From: Felis catus | Taxonomy: Eukaryota | Reading direction: 5' to 3' | Assembly: GCF_018350175.1 (NCBI RefSeq) | Contig: NC_058368.1 | Span: forward strand, 89,902,001 to 89,966,000 | DNA: 64,000 nt | Part shown: positions 51,294-62,707 of the stretch, one piece after another | How positions within the stretch are numbered: the first letter of the stretch is position 1 | Layout of the letters: each line of letters starts with the position of its first letter | The notes under the pieces: model-generated | The model's input: only the letters and a program-made list of their open reading frames with translations | The model's database searches: none | What the model was told of the DNA's origin: nothing | Position numbers and translations under genes: made by a program

Positions 51294-51522
51294 TTTTTTT
51301 GATGTTTATTTATTTTTGAGAGAAAGACAGAGCACAAGCCCGGGGGCGGGGAGGGGGGGGGCGGGGGCAGAGAGAGAGAGGGAGACACAGAATCCAAAGC
51401 AGGCTCCGGGCTCCGAGCTGTCATCACAGAGCCTGACGCGGGGCTTGAACTCACGAACTGTGAGATCATGACCTGAGCCGAAGTCAGACGCTTGACCGAC
51501 TGAGCCACCACCCAGGCGCCCC
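51294..51522 (-). mobile_element. Can-SINE
   Basis: SINE consensus. Confidence 0.92.
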
Positions 51523-52360
51523 AAATTTTTTTAAAATAGTAAGAGCATGGTGTCAAGGCCGTTTTATTTACTTCATCTCAGTAGAGTACAGGGAGAAGCC
51601 TGCCAAGAGGGAGAGCTGCAAGGGGAGAGAGATGGTGCTTAGTTTAATGAAAGAGCTTATTGAATAGATGTCAGCATGCAAGAGATTTTATGTTGAAATT
51701 AGATTTACGCCTTCTTGCACAAAGACCTCGGAAACCACTCCTGGCAGCTGCCCCCCCCCGCCCCCCGCCCCCCCAGAATATTCTCCCAAACTGTGCCCGA
51801 GTGGCTGGGTGTGGACACAGCTGGTGGTCCTCAGGACAAGGGCGCTTTAACCAGCCCAGCCGCTGCTGGGGCTCTGGCAGCAGCACCCCCACATTCCCAC
51901 CAAGAAGGCTACTCTGGATCTGGGAGCCAGAGACACACTCGAAGAACATACATGCCTGACAGGAGTTCAGACTGCTGGCCGGCCCGGAGAAGGGGAGTTG
52001 CAGGAGACAGGTGGACAACAGAGGCCCTAGAGCACTCTCATGAAAGTATCTCAGATTTAAAACCTTTCCAGAGTTTGTACAGGGGACTTCAAGTCATCTG
52101 CAATGCCTGTCAGCTCCCCTTCGTGAGGCGCAGCTGTAATTCTAGAAGGATTCCCGGGATGCCAGGGAAGACTCCAAAAATGATCAGACAGAATTGTCTC
52201 ACAGAGCTCTGTGGTCTTTACAGTGACTGGAATTTGACCACGTTCCCCTCCCCTCCCCCCCCCCCCCCGAGAACTTTGATATTTTGCAGAATAATTAATA
52301 TTATGAAAAGTTTCACCCACACAGAGATTATAAAAATTAATGTTATGAAAAGTTTCACCT

Positions 52361-52499
52361 GGGGACACCTGGGTGGCTTAGTTGGTTGAGCATCTGACTT
52401 TGGCTCAGGTCATGATGTCACAGTTCATGAGTTCAAGCCCTGCGTCGGGCTCACTGCTGTCAGCACAGAGCCCCGCTTTGGATCCTCTGTCTCTGTCTT

Positions 52500-52533
<34 letters not shown>

Positions 52534-52558
52534 CCTCCCCCCTCTCAAAAAATAAATA

Positions 52559-52589
<31 letters not shown>

Positions 52590-52590
52590 C
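52361..52590 (+). mobile_element. Can-SINE with long polyA
   Basis: SINE consensus, (CT)n, A-tail. Confidence 0.9.
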
Positions 52591-52653
52591 AAAGAAAGAA
52601 AAGTTTTACCTGAACATAGATTGTAGTGATGGTTGGACAACTCTGTGAACACA

Positions 52654-52973
52654 GAGTTGACCCTTGAACAATTGGGGAGTTAGGGGCACCAACACTCCAC
52701 ACAGTCGAAAATCTCCAGATAACTTTTGACTCCCCCCAAACCCAGCTACTAATAACCTACTGTTGATCGGAAGTCTCACAAATAAGCAGTAACACATATT
52801 TTGTATGTTCTATGGAGTCTATACTGTGTTCTTACAATAAAGTGAGCTAGGGAAAAGTAAACGTTATGAAGAAAAGCATAAGGAAGAGAAAAAGATATTC
52901 ACAGTACGGTACTGAAGTTATCAAAAAAAGTCCACCCGAGCACTTCAAACCTGTGTTGTTCAATGATCAACTG
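52654..52973. mobile_element. Tigger2-family (TcMar) MITE nested in an L1 3' end fragment
   Basis: TIRs gagttgacccttgaacaa...ttgttcaatgatcaactg followed by TA. The flanks (gtgatggttggacaactctgtgaa | tactgaaaaccactaaactgtaca) rejoin into an L1M 3' terminus. Confidence 0.75.
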
Positions 52974-53398
52974 TACTGAAAACCACTAAACTGTACAATT
53001 GAAATGGGAGAATATTAAGGTATGTGACTTATATCTGAATGGAACTATTCAAGATTTTATAGTATTTCCATTAGAAGGTAACTATTCGGTTGTTTTTTTT
53101 TAATGAGCAAGGTGACAAAAATACATCATCTGCCCAGATGTGTTGAGGTCTGAAGTGTAGGGTAAAGTGTGAACTCCTGTGACCCAAACGCTCAGCAGCC
53201 CTGAGGGGACAGGCGCCTTCACTGGGGAGGTGCCCCGACTATACACAAGGCCTTACACTCAACGCCTCTCACCTGATCTAGTGTCAGCCAGGAAGACAAA
53301 AATAGCTGACCACCAAAATTACCCTTAGCCATTTTAAAAAGAAAGCATCTGTAACTGCTCAGAAAGCACAGTGTTCATGTTTTTTATAGAGAAATTCT

Positions 53399-53500
53399 GG
53401 GAGCACGTGGGTGGCTTAGTCAGTTAAGCGTCCGACTTTGGCTCAGGTCATGATCTTGCAATTCACGGGTTGGAGACCCAAAAATAAATAATAAAAGAAA
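53399..53500 (+). mobile_element. Internally deleted Can-SINE
   Basis: tRNA-like head joined directly to the A-rich tail. Confidence 0.75.
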
Positions 53501-53594
53501 TTATATAGCAACTCTGCACTTTACTACTTGTGTGCAAATATATACTGTGTATGGTAACGCACAGGACGTAAGAATGAAAAATAGCATTAAAAAA

Positions 53595-53804
53595 TTTTTT
53601 TAATGTTCATTTATTTTTGAAGGAAAGAGAGACAGAGCGTGAACAGGGGAGGGGCAGAGAGAGAGGGAGACACGGAATCTGAAGCAGGCTCCAGGCTCTG
53701 AGCTGTCAGCACAGAGCCCGACGCGGGGCTCAAACTTCCAAACCATGAGATCACAACCTGAGCTGAAGTCAGATGCTTAACCAACTGAGCCAGCCAGGTG
53801 CCCC
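53595..53804 (-). mobile_element. Can-SINE
   Basis: SINE consensus. Confidence 0.92.
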
Positions 53805-54099
53805 TCAAATTACCATTTTTAGCACCTCTGAATTTCATCGCCTCTCTTTTGTCTACGTCTAGAAGAATGAATTTTAGCAAATTAAATGTTCATATAATGT
53901 GACCCTACTCACTGCTTAGGGATGCAACATTCCTTTAATGGACATTTTGTCATTCATTCAGATACACTATACTGATTTGAACCTAATCTTCTTAATGACT
54001 GGAGATATTACGGGAGGTTTTGTGTATAATTGTGGTCAGCCCTCAGGCAGGTTGTCCTCTCTGTGGTTCATCTTTGGCATTTTCCCCCTCCCCCCCCCC

Positions 54100-54920
54100 A
54101 GTTTTATTGAGATATAATTGACATGTAACACTGTAAAAGTTTTAGGTGTACTCAATGCTTTGCTATATGTATATATTGTGAAATTATCACCACAATAAGG
54201 TTAAACAACCATCACTTCACACGGTTAACATTTCCTCCTCCTGATGAGAACTTTTTTTTTTAAGTTTATTTATTTATATTTGAGAGAGAGAGAGAGAGAG
54301 CACGGAAGGGGCAGAGAGGGAGAGAGGAAATCCCAAGCAGGCTCCACACTGTCAGCACAGAGCCCCATGCGGGGCTCAAACTCATGAACCGTGAGATCAT
54401 GACCTGAGCCCAAGTCGGACACTTAACCAACACTGAGCTACCTAGGTGCCCCCCTCCTGATGAGAACTTTAAGGAGCTACTCTCTTTGCATCTTTCAAAT
54501 GTACAATACAGTATTGTTAACTATAGTCAGCATGTTGTACATTACATCCTCAGGACTTACTTATCTTATAACTGGAAGTTTATACCTTTTGACCATCTTT
54601 GCCTAATTCTCCCATCTCCTACTCCTCCACCTCTGGCAGCCACCAATCTGATCTCTGTATCAATGAGTTTGGTTTTTTTCAGATTCCACATATGAGATCA
54701 TACAGTATTTGTCTTTCTTCTGTCTGATTTATTTCATGCAGCATAATGCCCTCAAGTGCCATCCATGTTGTTGCAAATGGCAGGATTTTCTTCTTTTTTA
54801 TGGCCAAATGATATTCCATTGTAAATATTTATCCATCCATCTGTGGATGGACACTTGGGTTGTTTCTATGTGTTGGTTATTGTAAATAATGCTGCAATGA
54901 ACGTGGGGATGCAGATATCT
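54100..54920 (-). mobile_element. L1 3' end interrupted by a SINE
   Basis: ttttattgagatataattgacatgtaaca..gcataatgccctcaagtgccatccatgttgttgcaaatggcaggatt..gatggacacttgggttgtttc. Confidence 0.85.
54252..54453 (-). mobile_element. Can-SINE inside L1, TSD ctcctgatgagaactt
   Basis: 16-bp direct repeats. Confidence 0.92.
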
Positions 54921-54995
54921 GGCAAATTTTTAATCCTGGTCAGACCTTTCCAGCATCCCAGAAAAACAGTAGGAAAATTAAAAAATCAAATCATT

Positions 54996-55195
54996 GGGTG
55001 CCTGAGTGACTCAGTCAGTTAAGCGTCCAACTTTAGCTCAGGTCATGATGTCACGGTTCATGAGTTTGAGCCCCGCGTCCGGGCTCTGTGATGAAAGCTC
55101 ATAGCCTGGAGCCTATTTCAGTTTCTGTGTCTCCCTCGCCCTCTGTCCCTCCCCTGCTTGTGCTCTCTCTCTCTAAAAAATAACATTAAAAAAAA
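54996..55195 (+). mobile_element. Can-SINE, TSD aatcaaatcatt
   Basis: Direct repeats on the flanks. Confidence 0.9.
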
Positions 55196-55475
55196 TTTTT
55201 TTTAATCAAATCATTAAAATTTGGAAAATAAACCTTTTAACTCTATTCATCCCTGAGGAAGCCCTGCCTGGTGGTTAGGAGCATTTAAGTCCTAAGGTCA
55301 GGTCTCCTTGGTTCCCAGTCACAGCCTCCCAAGCTTCTGTTCTAGAAAGTAAAGGGAGGTAATGGTAGATACAGCCTCTGAACTTTGACACCTCTGAGCT
55401 TTGACTGACACCTGTATGGGAATGGTTGGCCCAGTGCCTGGCACATAGTGAGTTCTCAATAAGATGAGTTACTAT

Positions 55476-55690
55476 GGGGTACCCTGGGTGGCTCAGTTGG
55501 TTAAGCGTCTGACTCTTGGTTTTGGCTCAGGTCATGATCTCACAATTCATGGGTTCGAGCACCATGTTGGGCTCTGTGGTGATAGTGCAAAGCCTGCTTA
55601 GTATCTCTCTCTCCCTCTCTCTCTCTCTCTCCTACCCCCCCCATCTCACTCTCTCTGTCTCTCTCAAAATAAATAAACTTAAAAAAAAAA
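55476..55690 (+). mobile_element. Can-SINE
   Basis: SINE consensus. Confidence 0.9.
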
Positions 55691-56812
55691 GGTGAGTTAT
55701 AAATATTCCTGAAGGCCAGTATTGTTCATGATCCATACTCTTGCTTCCCTGATTAATGCAGATTTACAGTCGTTCTATTCCACATGCATTTATTGAATAA
55801 GGACGGTATGCCAAGACACAGTGAGAAATGAAAAAATAGAAGTGCCAGCCTGTGTCCTTGTCGGCGGATGAAGTGTCTCAGGATGCAAGAGCACTGGGGT
55901 GGCCCAAAACCGGGGAGGCTGGGGCCTGAACAAGCCTGCTGGGGGGGGGGGGGCGGGGTCAGAGCTGAGCTTAGAGGACGGCAGGTTTTCCCAAGTGGAG
56001 CAGGGAGGACAGAAGGACAGAGGGACGTCAGGGTAGGGAACTCGCAGGGCAGGACAGAGACAGACCAAGGGTCCATAGTCTTAATCAGGGAGGGAGTGGA
56101 GCAGCTTAGAGAGAGCCAGCGTGATGGCTGTTACTTCCTATTTGGGAAAATGTTATTTCGAAATACAAATATGGAGAATAAAGCCAAATAAAATCTTGGA
56201 GTGCAGGCCTCCCTTGAAGGTAGGGATTCTCCAGGGGCCAAGAGATGATTTTGGTTTTGCTGTTGCGAAAGTAGCATTTATTGATGCTAAAGCTCCAGGC
56301 AACAGGGCTGAGCAGGAAGGAGTAAAGGCCTCAGCCCTTGTCTTCACCTGCTGCAGCCTCCTTCACCTGCTGTGACCTCCTTAGGACCCTTCCCGGGCAT
56401 ATTCTGTGCAAATCAAGGAATCCACATGGGTTGGGACCTCGAGATGTCCCTAGGTGGTTGGGTGGTTTGGCTGATCTTTGCTGTTATAAATGTTGCCATG
56501 GTGAAAGCCGGGTCACGTGATTGCGTCCATAGGAGAAATTCTCTGCGGTGAAATCCCAAGGCCAAGGCCTACGCATTCGTTCTTCACATGCTACGCGAGA
56601 CTTGTCGTCCCTGGCTGGGCTGCTTGCTGGGGCTGTCCTTTCGGAAGCAGAGGGGAGCACACCGTTCTTCGGCTATGTCAGGGGAAGGCCATGCACGCAG
56701 CCAGGAAGGCCTCCCGGGTTGTCAGCTGGGTGGGCGTCCCCAGAAGCATTTTTTTTTCCCTCAACACCAACCGAGTGATTTACAAACATGCTGGTTCCCC
56801 CTCTGTCAACAG

Positions 56813-56920
56813 GAATCTTCGCCTACATGAACTACAGAGTCCCTCGGACGAGGAAGGAGATTTTCGAAACCCTCATCAAGGGCCTGCAGAGGCTTGAGTA
56901 CAGAGGCTATGACTCGGCAG
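56813..56920 (+). CDS. GFPT2: GFPT2 exon 2 (108 nt): [37 protein letters not shown]
   Basis: Acceptor tcaacag|, donor |gtaggc. Contains the GFAT/GlmS motif [29 protein letters not shown] fits GFPT2 rather than GFPT1. Confidence 0.97.
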
Positions 56921-56988
56921 GTAGGCCCCGCAGACTGCCCTCATAGATACAACGCTTGTTCCTGTCACTTGAGAACTAGAGAAAAGGA

Positions 56989-57210
56989 GGGGCGCCTGGG
57001 TGGCTCAGTGGGTTAAGTGCCCAACTTTGGCTCAGGTCATGATCTCATGGTTGGTGAGTTCAAACCCCACGTTGGGCTCTGTGCTGACAGCTCGGAGCCT
57101 GGAACCTGCTTTGAATTCTGTCTCCCTCTCTTTCTGCCCTTCCCCCACTCATGCTCCATTTCTGTCTGTCAAAAATACATAAAAAACATTAAAAGTTTTT
57201 TTAAAAAAAT
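56989..57210 (+). mobile_element. Can-SINE ~70 bp after the exon 2 donor
   Basis: TSD aactagagaaMaggag. Confidence 0.92.
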
Positions 57211-57615
57211 AAACTAGAGAACAGGAGAAAGAAGAAATAACGGTAAAAAAAAAAAATCTCTACCAAAGCTCTCCCATCAATATCTTCGTGTCCCTCCACT
57301 GGTCGCTGCTGTGCGTATGTTGAGGTGGTATGGGGATGTGGGGGTGTCACACGTAGCTACTTTTTGTTTTTAACCTGATCGTAACTATAGAATTGTAATT
57401 TTATGTCCTGTTTTCATTTATCTCCCGCATCTCCCATTATCCTAAACTCTTCCTAAGGATCTTGCTCAGTGGCTGCACAATCCTCCCCTGGGTGACTATC
57501 TCAGAGTTTACCTCTTCATCCATCTGACTGGTGGATATTTAGTCCGCTTCCCATTTTTAATTAAGCAGCCTTAGGAGAAAGGGGGAGCCAGATACTTTCA
57601 TATCCCCGTGAATTC

Positions 57616-57827
57616 TTTTTTTTTTTTTTTTGTATAGTTTATCTGGAGAGAGACAGAAACAGCACGAGTGGGGGAGGGGCAGAGAGGGAGGGAGACAGAA
57701 TCCAGAGCAGGTTCCACCCTGTCAGCACAGAGCCCTGCTCAGGGTTGGAACTCACTAACTGAGAGATCACGACCTGAGTGAAAACCAAGAGTCAGATGCT
57801 TAACCGACTGAACCACCCAGGCTCCCC
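57616..57827 (-). mobile_element. Can-SINE
   Basis: SINE consensus. Confidence 0.88.
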
Positions 57828-58259
57828 TCCCTGTTCATTCTTAATGGAAAGCATGTCAGATGAAGGATCTTAGGAACACTAATGCAGTAGGGATGTCAGC
57901 ACAGGGCATGGCACCATCAGTGCCCTCAAGCGAGCCGGCCACCTTCAGTGGTGGGCGTGGAGGAACCTCCCTCACAGGCAGGCTCCCGGGGATGCACCCT
58001 GGTTCAAAGCCAGGTGAGGCGGCCACAGCCCAGGTCCCAGGTGCGCCTTCCCTGTTTGCTGCCACATCATAATCTTGCTGAATCGACATCCTGAACGCTG
58101 TGTAGTTCTCTTCCAGGCTGCAAGCCTGGCCAACGGGAACGGACAAATCCACAGCACTGTGCAGCCCTCACCCTGGGTTGTACTCTGTGACAAAGTGCAG
58201 GAGACCAAACAAATCCCAATACAAAAAAAAGGAAAAAAAAAATCATGTGTGTCCCACAG

Positions 58260-58358
58260 GTGTGGCAATCGATGGAAATAATAACGAAGTCAAAGAAAGA
58301 CATATCCAGCTGGTCAAGAAAAGAGGAAATGTCAAGGCTCTTGATGAAGAACTTTACA
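58260..58358 (+). CDS. GFPT2: GFPT2 exon 3 (99 nt): [33 protein letters not shown]
   Basis: Acceptor cccacag|, donor |gtaagt; phase 1-1, in frame with exons 2 and 4. Confidence 0.96.
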
Positions 58359-58894
58359 GTAAGTGGGACACATGCCCAGTCAAAGCAGCATGGGTCAGTT
58401 TAAAGTCTTTTATTCCAATAGCATTCGAGACTAAAAATATTCACTTATCCAAGCATGGATAAATAGAAGGAGAGTTAAGCCTACATCGTAAAACTGTGTT
58501 TCTCAGAGTGTGGGATTTGTTTTTGTTTTTGTTTTGTTTGGGGGGGGGGGGTTGGTTGTCTGGGGTTTTTTGTTTTTCTAGGAGGTGGTGCATGAGAATT
58601 TTTTTTAATATTTAGTACGTATGTATTTATTTTAATTTTTCTGGCAAATGATACTATTTTTCCATTTATAGTTATGATCTATAATATTCTTTTTAAAGTA
58701 AGCTCATTTTGGCTGGTGACTTAGGTTACTGATAAGCACTAAGTAAACTACAGCAGGGATCTGGCAGAAATCCCCAGGGTGGGGCCTTTGCAGTCCAAGG
58801 TGGGATGTACTTTTGACGTGGCTGAGGTGTGTCCATGTAATGATGCCACCTCACCATAACAGTACTGTGTCAATGATTATTTTCTTGCTTCTAG

Positions 58895-59020
58895 AACAAG
58901 ACAGCATGGACTTGAAGGTGGAGTTTGAGACCCACTTTGGCATTGCCCACACGCGCTGGGCTACCCATGGGGTCCCCAATGCTGTCAACAGCCATCCACA
59001 GCGTTCAGACAAAGGCAACG
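58895..59020 (+). CDS. GFPT2: GFPT2 exon 4 (126 nt): [42 protein letters not shown]
   Basis: Acceptor ttcttgcttctag|, donor |gtatgt. Carries the [11 protein letters not shown]...NSHP glutaminase-domain motif. Confidence 0.98.
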
Positions 59021-60689
59021 GTATGTAGCGTGGCCCTGCGTCCCCTTCCTGAAGGTTCTGCCTGGCTTTGACCTGTACCACTGTGGATCCACACCCACTG
59101 CCAACTGGCATACTTCTCTCCCTGCCTCGTCTTCCCCGAGGATCCAAACAGATAGCACTGGGCCTTAGACAGGAGGCAAACTCAGCCTGGCTCCTGGGCA
59201 GGGCTGACCCCCACTCAGGCCTCTACAGGAAAACAGTGGCAACTTCCCATGACTGCTCCCAGCTTCTGAGACCCAGCCTGAGTGCGACTTGGCAGCATGA
59301 GAGGTCTAAGAGTTGGGCACTGTTCCACAAGGGACTGTGTTGTTCTGGAGGGCTGGGTGCCCGAGGGAGGGATGGGTTTCATTTCCCCAGAGGAGAGTGG
59401 TCTTGAGCCAGGGCAGTGCTGATCTCGGTTAATGTCTGAAGTGCCTGCTCCAATCCTGGGCCCTGCCATGAGGCCTCAGCTGCCAAAGGCTTGAAGTTTG
59501 GAGAAGCAGAGACTGTAGCAGGCAGCCCAGGGCCTCCCTCCAAGCAGCAGAGCCCTCTGCTTGGCTTGCGTCATGTTTTTTAAATATGAGAATTACCAAA
59601 CCTGAAAGTCCAGACTTTTGTTATTCCTTGAAAAACTAGAAGATATGGTAACTGGGCTCACAGTACCTTGGAGTTCCACTGAAAAAGCACTGGTCTAGGG
59701 TCACAGAGAGTGACCCCACAGAGAGTGGGGACATGGTGACTGCTCAGGGCAGTCACGGGGATACCAGGCCCTCTTTGGTGAGCTGCAGGATCCCTGGTTC
59801 TCCCAAATGCCCCAGCTCGTGGGTCCATGTCCCATGCCTGGGCCCACAGGATAGTTCTCTTCAGTGACACCCCAAGGCCCTCTCATCAGAGAAGGGCTGG
59901 TAGGTCTGGAGATTCCAGTGGGTCTCCGTTCTAGGTTAGGCCTGATTAGGTCAGAAGCCCCCAGTGACCCACCCCTGGGCATGATGGGGGAGGGTGACCG
60001 GCAGAGAGAATGACCTCTGGAGTCCCTTGGGACCCCCACCCCAAGACATTCCCTGGCATAGTGTCAGTTCTTACCAAGCCCCATAGTAGAGTAGAAATCA
60101 GATCCACCAGAGTCGTTGAGGAGTGCTTATTGGCAGGAAACTTTAGCTAAACACTTGGCAAGAGTCACTGCAGTTCATCGTCGTGGAAGTTGGGCCATAG
60201 GAGAGACTGGCACCTCTCTGCTCAATGTCCCTTACTCCTGGGAACACTGGCTCATCCTGCCCAATTTGGAAGGGAAGGACTCTTCTGGAGAATGGAAGGA
60301 GAGCCCCATACCTCCTGCTCGGCAGAACACCTGGAGAGAACCCTGGGGGCTGGGCTACACGTGCATCCATGTGGTCGGGGTCTTGGGTAGTGAGGACAGA
60401 TCCTTGGATCTGGTCCATGCCTTGAACCATAGGGCATCCCACTTCCGGGGTCAGTGCCCCACATCCAGGAGGGGGACAGCAGACCCCATGGTGCTGAGGA
60501 CCTAGAATGTTATTCCAGCCAAATCTCAAGCCAGATACAGAGATTGACCCCTGGAGCAGTGGGGCTGGTAGGAAAAACTGTACCAAGACCATGTACCCTG
60601 AGAGGTTGCCACCCTAGGTGATAAAGTGAAGCCTCACTTCAGTGTAGTCAGGGATTCTGTGTCCCCAAAGCAGGGAGGCTCCAAGCAGA

Positions 60690-61520
60690 TCCCCCTGCCC
60701 CACACCCAAACTTGAAAATGCCTGCCCTGACTCAGGGTGAGTAATTGAAAAGAAAACAACACGAGAAGGAAGCAGAGATTCGTAGAATTTCTTTAGCAAC
60801 TCATCAGGGATAACCGAAGAGCACATTTTTGAGGAACACTTACACCCAGCAACAGCGTTGCACAAGAAAATTACACAAAGAAGCATTCGTAAAGAAAACA
60901 CAGATTCTAGGAAGCCAACTACCGATGAGAAGATAATTAAATGAAAAAATGGGACAAGGTTAAGAAAATAAAGCAACTGTGTCACAGTCAATATGAAAAC
61001 TATTGGAGAGGTGGATGAATATGGAGACAGTGAATAGAGATCCAATAGGTGAGTTACTGGTGTCCCCTAAGAAGAGAACAACACAAGTGAAATAGTAAAA
61101 ATAAAATAAGATAAAATAAAATAAAATAAAATAAAATAAAATAATAATAATAATAGGTAAAGCCGTAAATGAGTTCAGCTGTGCCCAGCACACTTGTCGA
61201 AAATGGCTTTTCTATTCAAGCCCTTCCAGTCTGTGTGTGACTTCACAAGTATAACAATAGGCTGTAAAAAAGAGGGAGAGAGAGAGAGAGGGGAAATTAT
61301 GATAAAAACAAAGAAAAACAGTAAAGGACTAGCCTGTACTGACCAAAAACTGAATTAGAGATCCAGAGTTTCACTGAACAGTAATCTTTATGAAGAACAC
61401 CCACTTTCTCGATGCATCCTGGTGGAATTACTGAATGCCAAGGATGATAAAGGGTCTATCATCTAGGCTCAGGAGGAAAGGGAATTCCTTACCCAGAAAA
61501 ACTCTCAGGCTGCTTTTAGA
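60690..61520 (+). mobile_element. Old L1 5'/ORF1-region remnant
   Basis: A-rich; tccaataggtgagttactggtgtccct..gcatcctggtggaattactgaatgccaaggat..aactctcaggctgcttttagacc resembles decayed ORF1. Confidence 0.4.
61094..61155. repeat. (TAAAA)n/(TAA)n simple repeat
   Basis: Seen directly. Confidence 0.9.
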
Positions 61521-61758
61521 CCTTCAGGTTATCCATCAGCTATTTACTGAGGAAATGCAGTGGTGACTGAGGCATATCCCTCTTCCAGGGTTGGCCAGGG
61601 GGTCCCCTCCCCCCACCAGCTGGGGGCAAGGAACCCTACTGGTGCTCAGGGAGCAGGGAGAAGCCACAGCAGGCAGACCCTGTAGAGAGAAATGCTCATG
61701 GCCATACAGGAATGGGGGTGAGCCCAAAGATGCCAGAATTTCTGGGGTCACCCAGAAA

Positions 61759-61932
61759 TTTTTAAGTTTATTTATTTAGAGAGAGAGAATGGGGGAGGGG
61801 CAGAGAGAGAGGATCCCAAGCAGGCTCTGCACTCACAACAGAGTGCCCGACCTGGGGCTCAAACTCAAGAACCGTGAGATCATGACCTGAGCTGAAGTCA
61901 GACCCTTAACTGATGGAGCCACGCAGGCACCT
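61759..61932 (-). mobile_element. Can-SINE
   Basis: SINE consensus. Confidence 0.88.
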
Positions 61933-62224
61933 GAAAATCAGGATTCAAAATTTCAAACTTCACTCTTTTCACAATGTGGTGTGGATCAAATGGAACACGT
62001 GTGGATTGCTAGCTTGTGGCCTCATTGAGCCTAAAGCCATTTCAGAATGCCTGAACTAGTTTCTGGATAATGAAGTGTTCATCATCCCCTATTTGACATA
62101 AATGCCAAAACACATTTGACGATACTGTAGGCCACAGGTCAGAGGTCTGTGCGTAGTCAGGTTGGTAGGTGCTTTTAACCCAAAGAGAGCAGTGTATTTC
62201 CTCAGGTTTAAATTGTAGTCGTAG

Positions 62225-62440
62225 GGGCACCTGGGTGGCTCAGTCGGTTAAGTGTCCGACTTCGGCTCAGGTCATGTTCTTATGGTTCGTGAGTTTGAGC
62301 CCCGCATCGGGCTCTGTGCTGACAGCTCAGAGCCTGGAGCCTGCTTTGCATTCTGTGTCTCCCTCTCTGTCTGCCCCTCCCCCACTTGCGTGCACGTGCT
62401 CTCTCTCTTTCTCTCAAAAATAAATAAATGTTTAAAAAAA
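62225..62440 (+). mobile_element. Can-SINE
   Basis: SINE consensus. Confidence 0.92.
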
Positions 62441-62648
62441 TAGTTTAAAAAATTAAATAAATAAAAAATAACTTGTAGTAGATGGTAACACGTCCACTCT
62501 CATCACCGCTAAGTGATGTTTGCTCACAGGAGTCTCTGTGGGAGGAAAGCTTGTAGAGAGTTTCAGACTGTCAAATCGTTGTCCTTCACTTCCGAATTGA
62601 ACTTCACCTTTTCATAGCATTTCTCTCTTCACCAAACTTTTCTTCCAG

Positions 62649-62707
62649 AATTCGTTGTCATCCATAATGGGATCATCACAAATTACAAAGACCTAAGGAA
62701 ATTTCTG
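62649..62707 (+). CDS. GFPT2: GFPT2 exon 5 (59 nt): [20 protein letters not shown]
   Basis: Acceptor ctttcttccag|, donor |gtaagc. Carries the HNGII oxyanion-hole motif. Confidence 0.97.
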
